From the NCBI RefSeq assembly GCF_009914755.1, contig NC_060942.1: 64,000 bases of DNA; one strand, 5' to 3'. Each line of letters starts with the position of its first letter. The first letter of the stretch is position 1. A program made the translations under genes and the position numbers. Positions 30,063 to 45,875 of this stretch are shown here, one piece after another. The notes beneath the pieces are model-generated. The model was not told where the DNA came from, searched no databases, and worked only from the letters and a program-made list of their open reading frames with translations. This DNA comes from the human T2T-CHM13v2.0 reference genome, Homo sapiens.

Positions 30063-30379
30063 GGCCGAACTGTGCTAGCACATTAGTGAGTGCAAAGAGA
30101 TTGGCCAGACTGTTTTTTCTCTTATACGATGGCCCAGATAAGAAAGTACACTGATATCCAGAACTAGAGAATCGGATTCCCAGTGTATTCCTGATACCAC
30201 AAGGTCCTACCACTGTGAGTTTTGTTATACATGGAATTGGCCAAGCCCAGTATTCAAGCAAGACTCTCATGCAGTGGGTGGATGACTCTCCCTCAATGAT
30301 ACTGAAAGATCTGTAAAATGATTCAGACAAGTCTGCCAAATGCAGCATTACCCTATAAAGTGAAACTATGGTGATGTCA

Positions 30380-31500
<1,121 letters not shown>

Positions 31501-31619
31501 GGGAGAAACAGGAATAGCAACATACAAGCTTGTTTCTAAGCATCTTTTACTGTGAGGCAGCAACTTTAGAAAAGGCATACACTTTCAGACTGAACCATTT
31601 CACTTCCTGTAATGGGTCA

Positions 31620-31925
31620 GCATGATGGCAAATGTTGTGTGTCAAACTGACTGAGCCAAAGGATGTCCAGATACCTGGTAAAACATTCTTTCTGGGTGTG
31701 TCTGCGAGGGCGTTTCTGGAAGAGATTGGCACTGGAATCAGACTGAGTACAGAAGGTCTGCCCTCACCTATATGGGTAGGCCATCACCCAATCCATTAAG
31801 GGCCCAAATAGAACAAAACGACAGAAGGAGGGCAAATTCTCTCAAGTTGGGACATTGATCTTCTCCTGCCTGTGGACATGGGAGCCCTCAGACTCTGGTA
31901 CTTACATCAGTGACCCCACTCCCAG
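31620..31925 (+). mobile_element. MLT2 (C/D-like) ERVL LTR fragment
   Basis: tgtgtcaaactgactgagccaaagg...tctgggtgtgtctgcgagggcgtttctggaagagatt. Confidence 0.7.
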
Positions 31926-34900
31926 TACCAAATCTGTATTAGTGTTCTGCAGACAAACAGACTAGGATAAAGATACATAAAAGGAGGTTTATTATGAAAA
32001 CTGGCTCATGTGGAACTTAATTCCTTTGGAGACAAACAAGCTACTGAGCCTCCAGGAAAATACACACAGCGAGTATCACAGGGGATGGTGCACTCTCACT
32101 CCCATCAGCCCCCATCAGCCCCTAGCTCCTGAGAAGGTACAGCACCAACACCAGGATGTCATGTGCTAGAACCCTGACATCAGGGATGGAAGCCCTGCAT
32201 TCCAGTCCTATTTTGCATCATGAGTTTGAGTATGTTGCTGAACAGCTCAGGGTCTCCATTCCCTCTTTGTCCTCCCTACCTCAGAGGGCTCTTGTGACAA
32301 GAAAAGGACAACTAAATGGGAGAACATCATGGAAAACAAAGTATACACCAATATAAGACGACACTGCTGTTAAGAAGAGACTCCTGATGTTTTCTGAAGG
32401 GGAAAAGCAGAAGCCAGCCATCGTGAGTTCCTTCAAGGCCACCTCTCCTTTCCCACATGGCCAGAATTAGGGGGTAGCAGTGGTGTGGTAATATACAGGT
32501 ACTGATGCACATGTGTGAAGTGGAAAATGCCTTATGTTTCTTTCATTTGATTGATCATACAAATGCCTTACATAGGTGCTAGTGCTTTGCCCAGTGCAGA
32601 CATGCTGCCACTGCAGAAGGTGTCTGGCCTCAGACATCAGGCCCTGTTCCTGGAAGAACATATCCCATGCCAAGTCTCTGGTCAAGTGACAAGCAGAGTG
32701 ATGGCTGGAGGAGTCTAAGGGCAGCCAGCCAGGCCACTGGCACATCTTGGATTTGTCGTTAATGAGATGCTTGATCTAAAGCTAAATCATCAGCTTCCAG
32801 GACACTATGGGGAAGTGACATCTAAAGAAAGGCAAAACAGGTCCCACCCAGCCTCTCAGGGAATCTGATCCATGTCCCCTCAGTAGCCATTCTTCTATGG
32901 TTGACCCAAGCAACATTCTGGGCAAGGGGATTCATGCAGTATCAGCCTGCCAGGTGGCAGACGCCACACCATGCCTGCCTCCCTCTTTACTTTCACTCTC
33001 CTCCACCATCATGATCATCCTTCCTCTTTCTAATCTCCTTCATTTGTTCTCATCCCTTTTCTGTCTGCATCCAAGCTTGCAACCCACAAGCTGCTTTATC
33101 CTAAAAGACAACAGGTGGTCATCTTCCATTGCCTTCCTACCTCCCACCATTAAATAACCACAACATGGAACTAAAGCATGTTTTAAACTATTTTCTACTG
33201 AATCAGTAAAAGCTTGATGATTTCTGTTCTTAAGATCAAGTGAGTTGGAAACCTATTTCTTTAAGAAAAACAAAAACCATCAAATTTCTTTAGGTTTATT
33301 TTTATGGGTAAGTAGAATCTCCAGAAAATGACTTACTCCTTCCTCCTTTTACTGTCTATGTGAAGTTATTCTTTGTCACTGTAATTTTATATCCTCCACA
33401 ATAAGCAGTCATTTCTAGACACCTTTCAGGTGGGCAAGAAGTTTTAAGGTCATAAAGGTCAAATTCTTACTCAAAGGTGAAATTCTTACTCAAAGGCACT
33501 CCCTTATGGCATCCTTGCTGGAAAGCACAGCCAGCTCAGATACCTGCAGAGATGAAGACCTCACTTCTGCACAGGCAGCCCATTCCACCACGGAGGGGTT
33601 GAGGGGTGTTCAACTGACCACGTGCCCCTGCACCAAGCTAAGTCCACCTTCCCACAACACATACCCATTGCTGGTCATACTGCTTTTTGGAAGAACTCAG
33701 AGAGGAAATACATGAATTCCACATGACAGCCCTGCAGTATTTTAGGATTATATCTCCTTTTCCCTAGACTATAAGTCCTGGATCCCCAAGCCATTCCTCA
33801 CATGCTATGGTTTCCAGGCATTTTGCTGTCCTGGGCATCTACCTCTGAATGAGCTCCATTTACTAAGGTCCCCTTAAAATATGTCATTGAAATCAGAATA
33901 TATTATCACAGAATCACATCTTATTGGGAGGGAGTTGGCTTAATGCTAAAGTCAATATTAAAGCAAAAATCATGCAGCACCCAAATTACCCTTGGAAATC
34001 CCTTGCACTGCCCATGACCGTGGTGAGATGTTCTAACTTCAAGAGGCTCTGAACTGCCTAAACAGACTCCCTCCTTCCTTCTCACTCTTGTCCCTGGGGT
34101 ATCCTCAATGAGCTTGTCAATGGTTCACACAACTGAAGTTATTTTTTCTCATTTTGTTGGTTGGTTCCTTGGGGATTTTTGTTCACTTATGCCTAGCACA
34201 TATAACTGCATTTCTGAAATTTAAATGCATCCATGAGCCAGATGTACCCAAGCTGTAAAAATAGTTGCCACTGTTACTTAGTCCTCTTCAAAGGAGGTGT
34301 TTTCCTAGAGTCTTCAAAAGTTCATCCTCCCTTGCATACCTGGTCCCTGATCAAAGTTTGGTCCCTGACCAAAACTTCTTGATGGTCAAAGAGCCACCAC
34401 TCAGAGTTCACCCAAGGAACTTTGTAAAACTTCCATTCAAAAGTCTTTCTTTTTGCAAATTGTTGTCGTGATAATTAAAAGAAATCATAAAGAGGTTAAT
34501 GTGATAGCAATCTTACTGTAGTACATAAAATCAACAGCACTATCCTTTTCTAAAGGCTGCAACAATTTAAGCAACTGCTTTTTTTGCTCCCATAAGACAA
34601 GTGTGCACTCATGAATGTCGTTTATCATCCCAAGTGAAAAAGTTTCCAGCACAAGTTTCTTGCCTGTGTATTTATGGTTACATCTGAAGTCGTCTTAAAC
34701 TATGTTAGCCTGCCAGGACCATAGAAATTGTAGCTAACACCTATTCATTTAAGATGAAACATGTTGCACTGTAAGGGAGATAATGAGCATTGAGCTTTGA
34801 AAAAATTTCACATGACACCATTGGTTAAAAAATTCCAAAACAGTAAAACTAAAACACAATTATATAAATCAGGATAACCCTAATTTCATGGAAACACAGG

Positions 34901-37900
34901 CCATCTTATTTTTTTAAAAAAGTTGGTGCCAAGTGAATTTTATCCAAAAATAAGCTTCAGCAAAGGACTACATGACAAAAAAAGGTACAGCTCCATGCAG
35001 AGGCAGCCCTGAAGATTCAGGAAAATAGACGCCTCCATACTTTGAATATTACCGTGTTATTATACACTAAGGGGTGGGATGAGTTCTAGAGGAACTCATT
35101 TTAAGGTGGCAGCTACAATAATCAAATGCTTTTAACAGCTTGTAAACGTTTATGTTTTGGTTTTTATATACTCCCGTCTTTGCCTTCTTCCTCAAACAGC
35201 ATTGTAATTTATGGGAATCATTCTCTTTGATGTCAATAATGTTCACTCAGCAAGCAAACAAAACTTCAGCCCTATCCCCCACCCATCCAATCAGGCTGTC
35301 TCCTGTAAGTCCTGCTCTCCTTAACTGCCTTGAGCCCCTCCCTGGAGTTGGTGGGAGGGAGCAGTTTTCCAGGTGAACAAAGTAGGGATTCCAAGAGTTC
35401 TTTTTAACTGCTCAGAGAGAACTGCTCTGAAGGCTGAAAGCCCCCAAATGATGTGGGTCTTCATCACCACCCACTGAACTGTGGTTCTAGACAGAGCATT
35501 CAGTCCTCCTAAACTGATCTGAGGCAGGGATAGGAAGGCATGTTGAGAGACTGACATGCAAGGCAGGCACACCCAGCCACAGGGAATAGCAAGAGGTGAA
35601 GCCTCCTGGAGCACTGTCTTCACAGCTGCCATGACAGCCAGGCAACCTCTAACTGCCTGCAGTAGAGGGGTGCCACAGCCCATCCTTCTTGTCATCTCCA
35701 AAGGCAAGAATATTGTTAAATACCTCCTTGATACACTACTCCTGAATAGCACTTATTGCACTGTAATCCTTAATAGCAAGGACTATGTCTTATTCACCTT
35801 TTACACCCGGCACCATGCTAAGCATCAAAAAGACTCTCGAATACTTGTGTCTGTTATGTAATACTACCCAACCCACCGAGGCTGAGTGGAAGACATCTCT
35901 GCTGTGGGGAGAGGGTAGTTGTGGCGCACACAATCAGCTGAAAGTGACCATTTTCACAAATCAGAGCGTTAAAAGCTTCAGACTCAGATCACCACCAATG
36001 CTCCCAGCCCAAACTGGCACAAAGTAGAATCAATGCCACTTCCCACTGATATAACCCCCTGCTAAATCAGAAAGTGTGTATGACTGAAAAATATCAACTT
36101 CCCTGTCTGGTGCCATGAACTAGCTCAGATATTAACCACTGTTTGCCACAGTGAATAACTACGTAAAAAAATTCTCATTTCTTAGTATCCACAGTACTCA
36201 GCAACAGAAAACACTTGAGATGCATAAACATAGCCCAGCAGGGAAGTGCAACAACTGACCCCCTAGCAAAACACAAAAAGCATAAGGCAAGATTTTAAAT
36301 TCCAGTGTTAAGCCAAGAGTTTACTTATTGAGTGAGATTCAGCAGAAAACAGTTATAACCTAAATAATTTGGCTGGCACTCAGCTGCCTCACTTTAGATA
36401 CAGGCTACCATTCCAGGGCTTCGGGTATTATTTACAGCTCCAGACACATCATCATTCTTTGGCCAGCATTTAGGCAGTTTCTGATTTCTGAGATGGTTCA
36501 CATTGCAATGTGAGTGCAATTCAGATGGACATCTTCGCATCTGTCCCATTAACTAAGAACTCTCTCCACGGCTAGTGTTGTGTGACTCCAGTGGCCTGCT
36601 GAAAGGGGTTTGGTTTCACACTGCCAGTCAGATTTCAGGGATGTTAACACAGTGGGCCATCCCTAGAGCCTTTATTAAAGATGGATTACAGAAGGTTAAA
36701 GTGTGAGGCAACTAAGGGAGTGGAGGAAGCAACTGGAGGGGAAAAAAAAGGTGAGGACCTAGAACACTTTTAGAAGAGGAGATAAAATCCAAGGAAAAAA
36801 TGTTTATTATTATACTAATAAATAAATGGCAAATCTTAGGGCCGATAGCCCAGCATTATTTTTAGGGGGTGACAGCAGGTTAAAGCTCTTCCAGACATGA
36901 AAACCACCAGCCACCACCAGAATGTAGGCAGAGATTGATGATAGTTTAGACTCAGGCAGAAGGATGCAAGTTCCATAAATAACCACAATCCAGCAAGAAG
37001 TGGAAACCAGGCCTAGAACAAGTCTCCCAAATCCAGTTCTACAAGAGACACAGCAACTGTATCTGATGCACCCAAAGTAGAAAAACCAGGTCTCTGGTAC
37101 CAGCAACCTCCAGTTTTGATGGAAACATGGTTCCCAGTGACTAAGCCATCTTGGGAAGTTCCTTCATCTGAAGTGGGCAAAGCTACCTGAACCGGGTATA
37201 GGAAGCTGCCCAGGAGTCAGCAATTAAGAGGCTGCCTTCTACAAAAGCTTCAGAGCTTGGGTCATAATGACAGGGACAACGGTGCATAGTGGAGCCAATC
37301 TAAACTGGAACCAGAGACTCAGAAAGGGCATTAAAACCACACAGCAGAGGTGAGAAGACAAGGAAAAGAGCCAAGGACAAGAGTAACTGAGTCTCCTTGC
37401 CAGCACTAGCACAGAAGGCAATGCACCCCTGCTGCTGATGGGACAGCCTGCTCTCTAAAGCCATGGAAGGCTTCAGCATTATTCTGGTCCCCTAGTACTG
37501 TGCTGGCCTATTAGGCCACAGTTCTCAGACCAGCTAAGCCTGGTTCCCGAAAGAGCCTCATCTCCCTTAATGCCTAAAGCATCCTTAGAATGAAGCCTAT
37601 GCCTTGCAGTGCCCTTGGACCCAAAATAGCCAAGAATACCAAGTGCTAGGAGGGACAAAGATAGACACAAGCATCCTGTTGGTGGTATCAATGCGGGATG
37701 CTCTTCTCAACACAAAGTGCAGGAAGGTCCATAACCATAAGCTATGGAACACTTAGGTCCGGACCTCTAGGGCTGAAGATCTGACAGGTGGTCCTCAAAA
37801 CCAGGATCTTAAGATTCCTAAGGGCCTTCTCCACACCTGAAAAGGAAAAGCATGTTGTAACCTCGAGGTTCCCCATCAATGCTGGTGCTTTGTTAGGTGA

Positions 37901-38281
37901 GAGGACCAGATCCAAGGCTGCCCACTCAGAACCTGAGGAGCTGGAGCCAGTGATTCAGCAGACAAAGCTCCCTTCCCAGCCACTCTGGCGCCCACCACAC
38001 TGCCCTGCACTGGGCTGTGGCTTCCCAAGGACATGACCTTCTCCTAGTGATGTGGCTATCAGCAACTAATACAGTTCACACATTACCTCATTTCATCAAC
38101 AAGCCTGAGGGGTGTCCTAGACTCTTGCTCCTGGTTTACAGATAACTGAAGTCTAGAGGTTATGCCTAAGATTACACAGCTAGAAAGCTGAGGAACCAGG
38201 ACTCAAAACCCAGGCCAATCCCCCATCTAAACACCTAACCTCTGTTTTCCAGTCCTCCTTCCCACCTACCCGCTCCCCGAG

Positions 38282-38730
38282 TTTAGTTTTTACATTGTGG
38301 TAAGATACACAAAATTTAGCATTGTCATCTTTTTAAATGTACAGTTCAGTGGCATCAAGTACATTCACATTGTTGTACAACCCTCGCAACCACCCGTCTC
38401 CAAAGCTTTGTTTTAATCTTGAAAGACTGAAATTCTGTGTCCATTAAAAACCCTGCTATCACTCTACTTTCTGTCTCTATGAATTTGACCATTCTAGATA
38501 CCTCATATAAGTGGAAACATACACTTATCTTTGGGTAACTGTCTTATTTCACTTAGCAAAATGCCCTCAAGGTTCATCCTTGCTGTAGCAGATGTCAGAA
38601 TTTCGTTGTTTTTTAAGGCTGAATATATCCCACTGTGTGGGCAGACCACATCTCATTCATCCATTCATCATTCCTTGGAATAGTCAAAAGGGTGCTCCCT
38701 GCTTTTGACAATCATGGATAATGCTGCTCC
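38282..38730 (-). mobile_element. L1MB 3' fragment
   Basis: aaatgtacagttcagtggcatcaagtacattcacattgttg...tctgtctctatgaatttgac...aaggttcatcc. Confidence 0.75.
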
Positions 38731-41058
38731 ACCTCCTTATCTTTCATTCACTTACATTCAGCACCTGTCATCCTGCCTGACACAGCAGGGGGAAGAGAGT
38801 AAAAAGAGTATTCGCCATCCACTTTCAAAAGTGCATTTTAGGAAATTAGGTGCAATGGGCTTTCCATGTGATTTTTAAATCAATAGATATTTATTAATGC
38901 TATTATACTTGTCATAAAATTGAAGTAATTATATGTTCATACACTAAGTTAATTGTACTAACATACATATAATTTAAGTGGAACTATAAATCAGCATAAC
39001 TATAAAATTCTGTCTTTAAATTGTTAACCAAACAGACCAGAACTGCTACATCCAAATGAGTATTTTCCTGACAATTTGGAAAGCTCTACATTTATTGCAC
39101 TGGGAACATTCAAAGCCTAACTGTAACTCCAGATGATGATGGCTAGTAAGAGGCCTCACAAAATTGGCATCCATACCTGGAAGCAACACACAGTCCACAA
39201 TAGCAAGATAGTCAGTGAGTCCTCACCTTACTCAACCAGCTTAGTTGTGTGAATAACTTAACTATTTCTAGAACAGAAAGCCTATCTTCCAGACAAAGAT
39301 ATTGTCACCATAGGGAGGACTCAAAAGCACACACCATCAGGTTTGAAGCCAGTTTCATAAGATGTATTGATGAGCTACAGCATCTGCAGCCCTCTGCCCA
39401 AGTGACCACCCCAAAGGAAACAGAACACCTTCAGACAGTGCAGGATGTAGCATGCTGGTCATAAAAATCCATCACATTTTATGGGCATTGCCATCATTTT
39501 GGTGCCTGCAGCTTGTTTCATAGTCACACACATACACACAGTAAAATGGCAATTAAAAGGGCAAGCAGCTTGAGAGCAAAGAAACACTAGTTTCTGGCTG
39601 AGGAGACATTCATTTTCCTTACTTTACAAATAAATATTATCCCTCATTACGGAATTCAGGCAAATTGAAAATGTGATTAAATCTGATGATGGGATAAGAT
39701 AAGGCAATTTATCTCCCTTTAACATACTAATACCTCCTTAATGCTTATTCATACGACAAATGAACCATTGGATTAGAAGAACTCAAGGTCAAAAGCCTAC
39801 TTTTGCCAGGGTGGGCTCTTTCTCCCAGCCTCATGTGCTGGCTGTAACACATCCCAGTGGTGAGACAGTGCTCCAAACCTTTGTTGCCTGCGTGATGAAT
39901 ACGAAAGATGGTCTGAACCTTCAGGCAAAAACTATGAGTACTGTTATCTTTTCTAGGTGAGAGAAGAAAACAACCCGATCTAGTTTTTCTTCCTGGATTC
40001 ACTGTTTTCTGTTCTGAAAGCCACTGGCTTTGCTACATCTAACAGGACAGGTGGATATCCATACATGCCCCCACCTCATCATGCAAATACCCATGGGTCT
40101 TCATAAGACTGGTTTTGGGGGTGTTTGTTTTCTTCCTTTGGCCAGCTTGGTGGAGAAAGATTGTTAATAAAACCTTTTGAGTTAATTGGGGGAAAAATAG
40201 GAGACTGTGCTCTTAACAAATGATAACCTTGAGAAGGTAAGGGCAAAAATATGTGCCCAAAATAACGTGTAAAATTAGGATATTCAAACACAAGGCAGTT
40301 AAATTAACTCTCACATCCATGAATGTTACTTTGCTGATATTCTACATTCACACCTTGTGCTAAGCCTTTGAGCACTGTCATAAAAAAGAAAAACATTTAA
40401 TTATCTCCTGACAGGGGCTCCACATTCCATAGACTTTGGCAAGTGCCAGAGGAAACAGATGGGCTTTCTACTGGTTATGCCAAGCCAAAAGCCTTTCCAA
40501 AATCACAGAAGGTAATGTTACAGTCAAGGAAGGTGGCTCCTTGGTGAGGAGAGGACTTTCCTCAAAGAGCCATGCCTAGAACCAGGCTGTGGGGGGTTGG
40601 GGGGTTGTAGGTGAACTTTAAACCAATTCAATGATATTTGTTGAGTTCCTACAGCATGCAAAACCCCACCCTGGGAACTGTGAGGGATGTGAGGCTAAGA
40701 TTCTACCTACAACTTCAATGACAGCAATTTTGCAAATATACACACTCAACCACCAATTGCGTACCCAAAACAAAGAGTAATGAAACAGTGAATCTAAAAA
40801 CTACCTATGACCTCAAAGCTTTTGATTTGGCATTGCATCTTTTAATTTGGCATTATAACTCATCCTATTTTCAGCAGAACCACCTTTTTTGGATAACTGA
40901 TGATGCACGGTAATAAAATGAATACCTGTGAACTCACTACCCAAATTAGACTGTTAATAGTACAGTTTCCCATGCTGCTCCCCTGCCACTCCCACCTCCC
41001 AGTAATTATTCTAGACTGTTTTCTTTTCCTTCATTCCCTGGTGTTTCCTCAATTTTAT

Positions 41059-41079
41059 CATATATATATATATATATAT
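41059..41079. repeat. (TA)n microsatellite
   Basis: catatatatatatatatatatc. Confidence 0.85.
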
Positions 41080-41413
41080 CTCCTTCAATACTATTCATTT
41101 TGTTTCAGAAATTCTAAGAATGGTATTATTCTGTATGTATTCCTCTCTAAAGCCCATTAAATGATGATACCTAAGCTGGGCCTTTGACTAAACAAGAAGA
41201 TGCGGAAAGGCTTCCAGGAGTCTCAGGTCATGGCCCAGAAAGAAAGCAAAATGCCTATTAAAATGTCAAGCATGGTAGGAAGGAGGCAGCTTTTCATTGG
41301 AGGATGTTAAGTGAGAGATGGAGCCAGGAAAAGTGGACCAAGGCCCTGAGAATGAAAGGATGGTTAGTTTTAGATCAGAAATACCCAATTTTAAGCTCCT
41401 TGAATTTCAGGTA

Positions 41414-41851
41414 TGCTGTGGTTTAGATATGAATCATTTGTCCTCAAAGCTCATGTTGAAATTTGATCCCCAATGTGGCGGGGGTGGGAGGCGGGGCCTA
41501 GTGGGATGTGTTTGGGTTATAGGGGCGGATCCCTCATGAATGGTATGGTGCTGTTCTCATGGTAGTGAGTTCTCACTATAGTGAGACTGGATTCGTTCTC
41601 CTGGGAATGGATTCATTCCCACGACAGTGAGTTGTTATGACAGGATGCCCCTCAGATTTTGTCTTTTTGCACATGTCTGCTTCTGCTTTGACATTCTCCA
41701 CCATGTTATGACATCAGGACAGCCTTGCCAGAAGCCAGGGCAATGCCCTTGAACTTTCCAGCCTACAGAACTGTGAGCTAAATAAACCTTTTTAAAATAA
41801 ATTACCTAGTCTCGGGTATTCTGTTGCAGCAACACAAAATGGACTAAGACA
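41414..41851 (+). mobile_element. MSTB1-like MaLR solo LTR
   Basis: tgctgtggtttagatatg...ctcatgttgaaatttgatccccaatgtgg...ggactaagaca. Confidence 0.85.
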
Positions 41852-42427
41852 GTGTACTTTGTTACACTTTGCCTTTTTGAAGATGTGGATCTCGTTTGGG
41901 ACTACATGGCCTAAGGAAAACCAAAAGCAGGGGTTCTGCCTACATTTGGGACAGAATTTTAAGAAGCACCAGGATGCACGTGGGGCTGGGTGTGGTAGTG
42001 GTGGCAGTGGCAAAAGAACACAAGCAGGAACAGACCACCTGCCGTTCTTTCTGCACATGGACTCGATACTTCTCTGATCTTGGTGGGTTTTCTGTTGCTG
42101 GGGCAGGGAGAGTTGCAGGGCAGTGCTAGGCAGAAAGGACCCTCTATATTAGGGCCCCTTATATCCAAATGATGTTCTGACTCACCATAAATGGGACAGA
42201 TAACCTCATGGAAGGCAGTAGAACACAGTGGTCAGAAGCTGGGCCCTGAAGCCAGGCAGCTTTGGGAAAGTCACATAAGCCTGTGTTATTGTTAAATGAG
42301 CTAACATGTAGTGCTGAGAAGTGACTTGGCACAAAAGCACTCCATAACCAGTAGTTGTCCAACTAGAGGGTTCAAAATACATAAGCTCAGAACAAATGAA
42401 GGGGAAAATACATGCCAAGGTGCTTTA

Positions 42428-42821
<394 letters not shown>

Positions 42822-43219
42822 AAAATATAGAGTAGTCATTTAAATGAGCAAAAACAGTTATAAATAATGCCAGTTAATACAAACAAGAAATATAAGGAAA
42901 ACAACACATTGTTCCCAGTGATCAATAATGTAGAGCCTACCAAGCATGTGAACAGAGGCTCAACCCTCCAATGAAAGTCAACTTTAAAACATGTGTAAAA
43001 CATTTAGTATGAATAAGAACTTAAAAAAAAAAAAAGAGAGAGAGAGAGAAAGAACAATGACCCGAACTTAGAGTGGCGAAGAAACAGACTGGTTCTCTTG
43101 TGGTGGCTATTGGCCATATCAATGAAGACTATAAATGTGCATGCCAGCAATTCCACCTTTAGGAATTTATTCTGAGAAAATAAATGAGGTTACAAGAACA
43201 ATCTTTCACAGTATCAAAA

Positions 43220-43420
43220 GATTAACAATTTATTAGTATGTTCAAAAAAGCTAGAAGATAGGATCTTGAATGTTTCTAATGCAAAGAAATGATAAATGTT
43301 TGAGGTGGTGGATAACCTAATTGCCCGATTTAATCATTATACATTGTATATGTGTATTAAAAAAATCACTTGAACCCCATAAATTTGTGCAATTATTACT
43401 GTCAACAAAAAACAAAAGGA
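43220..43420 (+). mobile_element. L1MA 3'-end fragment
   Basis: aaagaaatgataaatgtttgaggtggtgga...atcattatacattgtat. Confidence 0.7.
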
Positions 43421-43685
43421 AAATAATTGCAACCAACCTAAATGCTCATCAGCATGGGAATGGTTAAACACATTACAGTATATGGCATCAGATCTTGGCA
43501 ATTTAAAAAATGTATATTTTTAAGAAAAAATTACAGTACATCCATATGCTGCCTTGTGCAGCCATTAAAAATGGCAAAATTGCCTTTGTAAGGCTACAGG
43601 AAAAGATAGTCATAGATTAAGATTTAGAGTAATAGACATGGCATGATCCCATTTGTTTTGAGTACATATTGTGCATAAGTCTAAA

Positions 43686-43988
43686 GCAGCACTGCCCAAG
43701 AGAAACAGAATGCAAACTACAACTGTGAGCCACCTGTGGTACTTTAAATTTTCTAATAACCACATTTAAAAGGTGAATTGAACAGAATATTTTAGCCAAT
43801 ATATAAATAACAATCACTTCAACACATAACCAATATAAGAAGTATGAAGGATATTTCGCATACATTTTTCTAAGTCTTGGAAACCCACTGTGTACAGTAC
43901 TGCACACTTCCAGCTCATCCCAAGCTGGGCCAGCCTCATCGCAAGTGCTCAGCAGCCACATGCAGTTACCCTGTTGGACAACGGAGGT
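43686..43988. mobile_element. MER33-like hAT DNA transposon
   Basis: cagcactgcccaagagaaa...tgagccac...aagtgctcagcagccacatg...ttggacaac. Confidence 0.7.
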
Positions 43989-45039
43989 CCAGAGAACATG
44001 CCTAAGTGGTCAAGAGCAGCTGTTTCTGGGAATGAGACTACAGAGCTTTTGTCTTTCCTGCATTGTATGGATTGTTTCAATAATCATTTGTATTCACAGA
44101 GGGAAAACAGAAGCATTGTGAAAAATGCTTTTTAATTTTCCTTTAAAGCTATAGTAAGAGACCAGAAAGCACAGGTTAAACTTAAAACTTCTTTCAGACT
44201 GCTCTTGCTCCTTCCCCAGGGGTGGTGGGGAGTACCATATCTTGTCTACCGCTCTCATAGTTCATGTTTGTAGCAATCCTACTTCCTCTTTCACCAAGTC
44301 TCCTTGTGATCAAGACCCCTTCAGGACAGCAGGGAAGGGTTAGGGGAAAAAACATGCTAGCCACATAATGCTGACTGCCACCCAGCATGGTGACTGGAGG
44401 GAGAAGCAAACTAATGAACAGTTGCCAACACTATGTTAGACAAGCACTTCACATGGATTAGGATTATAAGCCTCCAGTAACCTTCCCATGGTGCAGGTAC
44501 CACCCCAATTCTTCAGATAAAGAAATCAAGGCTTAGAAAGTATCTGTTCCAATGTGTCGGAGCTGAGAGCGCCACAATATCCAGGGTGTCCACCTCAAGA
44601 TCATAGTCACAAAGGCCTTGGAAATGCCCATACCAAGCTCCTGATCTTACCCTTATTAACACCATGCTATCAGACAACTGCATTTCTTCATTAAAGAAAA
44701 GCAAATCCCAGGCATCATTTGCAAGAACCCCAGATCCTGACATTTCTCCTCTAAGCTCTTTCGTAAATCTCCAAATGTAAATAAATGCTTTCACTTAGAC
44801 AAACCATTTTCATCCCAAACCCAACATGTCAAAAATCAAGAATTATCCCTGCTCCAACCTGACTTCTGTCCACACTCAAGGTGGATATTTCAAGTTCATA
44901 GTTGACTCTTCTACTTCCCTTGCCCTTAATAAAACATTTATTGAGTTCTAGTCTCTGTAATTTCTACATAACTACAAAAAGTAATAATGAGTACACCTAG
45001 CAACCAGATCTTCATTTCTAAATTCCATTCTTCAATAAA

Positions 45040-45875
45040 AGGAAACTGACAGGCATCAGCTTAACCAAGGGATCAAAGTGATCCGTCAGTAACAGGACAC
45101 ATTGATATCACTGTCTCCTGAGGTGATGCAGTGAGAAAGGCACAGCATTTATGATGTGTTCTTGCCCAAAATTCACAACCTCCATGTAAGCATAAGACAG
45201 TCTGACAAACCCAAAATCATTCTACAAAATTATTGAGAAATGCTTTTTTTTGGGGGGTGGGCGGTGGGCAGACAGGGTCTCACTCTGTCACCCAGCCTGG
45301 AGTGCAGTGGCACAATCACAGCTCACTGCTACCTCAACTCCCAGGCTCAAGCAATCCTCCCACCTCGGCCTCCAGAGTAGCTAGGACCACAGGTGCATGC
45401 CATCACACCCAGCTAATTTTTTCTATTTTTTGTAGAGATGAGGTCTCGCTATGTTGTCCAGGCTAGTCTCGAACTCCTGGGTTTAAGGGATCCTCCCATC
45501 TTGGCCTCCCAAAGTGCTAGGATTACAGGTGTGAGTGACTGTGCCTGGCTTGACCAATGTTCTTCAAGTGTCAAGGTCATGAAAGACAAAAAACTGAGCA
45601 ACTGTCACTAGAGGGGGGCAGGGAGCTACAACCCTAAAGGCAATGTGGAACCCTAAACAGGATCCTGGCCCAGAAAAAGAACATTAGTGAAAAAGGTGGT
45701 AAAATTCCGGTGAGCTTTATAGACCAGTTAGTAGTATTACAGAAATGTTAACCTCCTGGTTTCAATAATTGCACTATGGTTATATGACATGTTAACACTG
45801 GAGCAATCTGGAAAAATATAGAAACTGCACTATTTTTGCAATGTTTCTGTAAGTCTATATTTCAAAATAGTTAAA
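45040..45875 (+). mobile_element. Ancient L1M (L1MC4/L1ME3-like) 3' fragment split by Alu
   Basis: ttaaccaagggatcaaag...gacaaacccaaa...tcaaggtcatgaaagacaaa...ggatcctgg. Confidence 0.65.
45244..45550 (-). mobile_element. AluJ
   Basis: Reverse Alu with caagcaatcctcccacctc. Confidence 0.88.
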
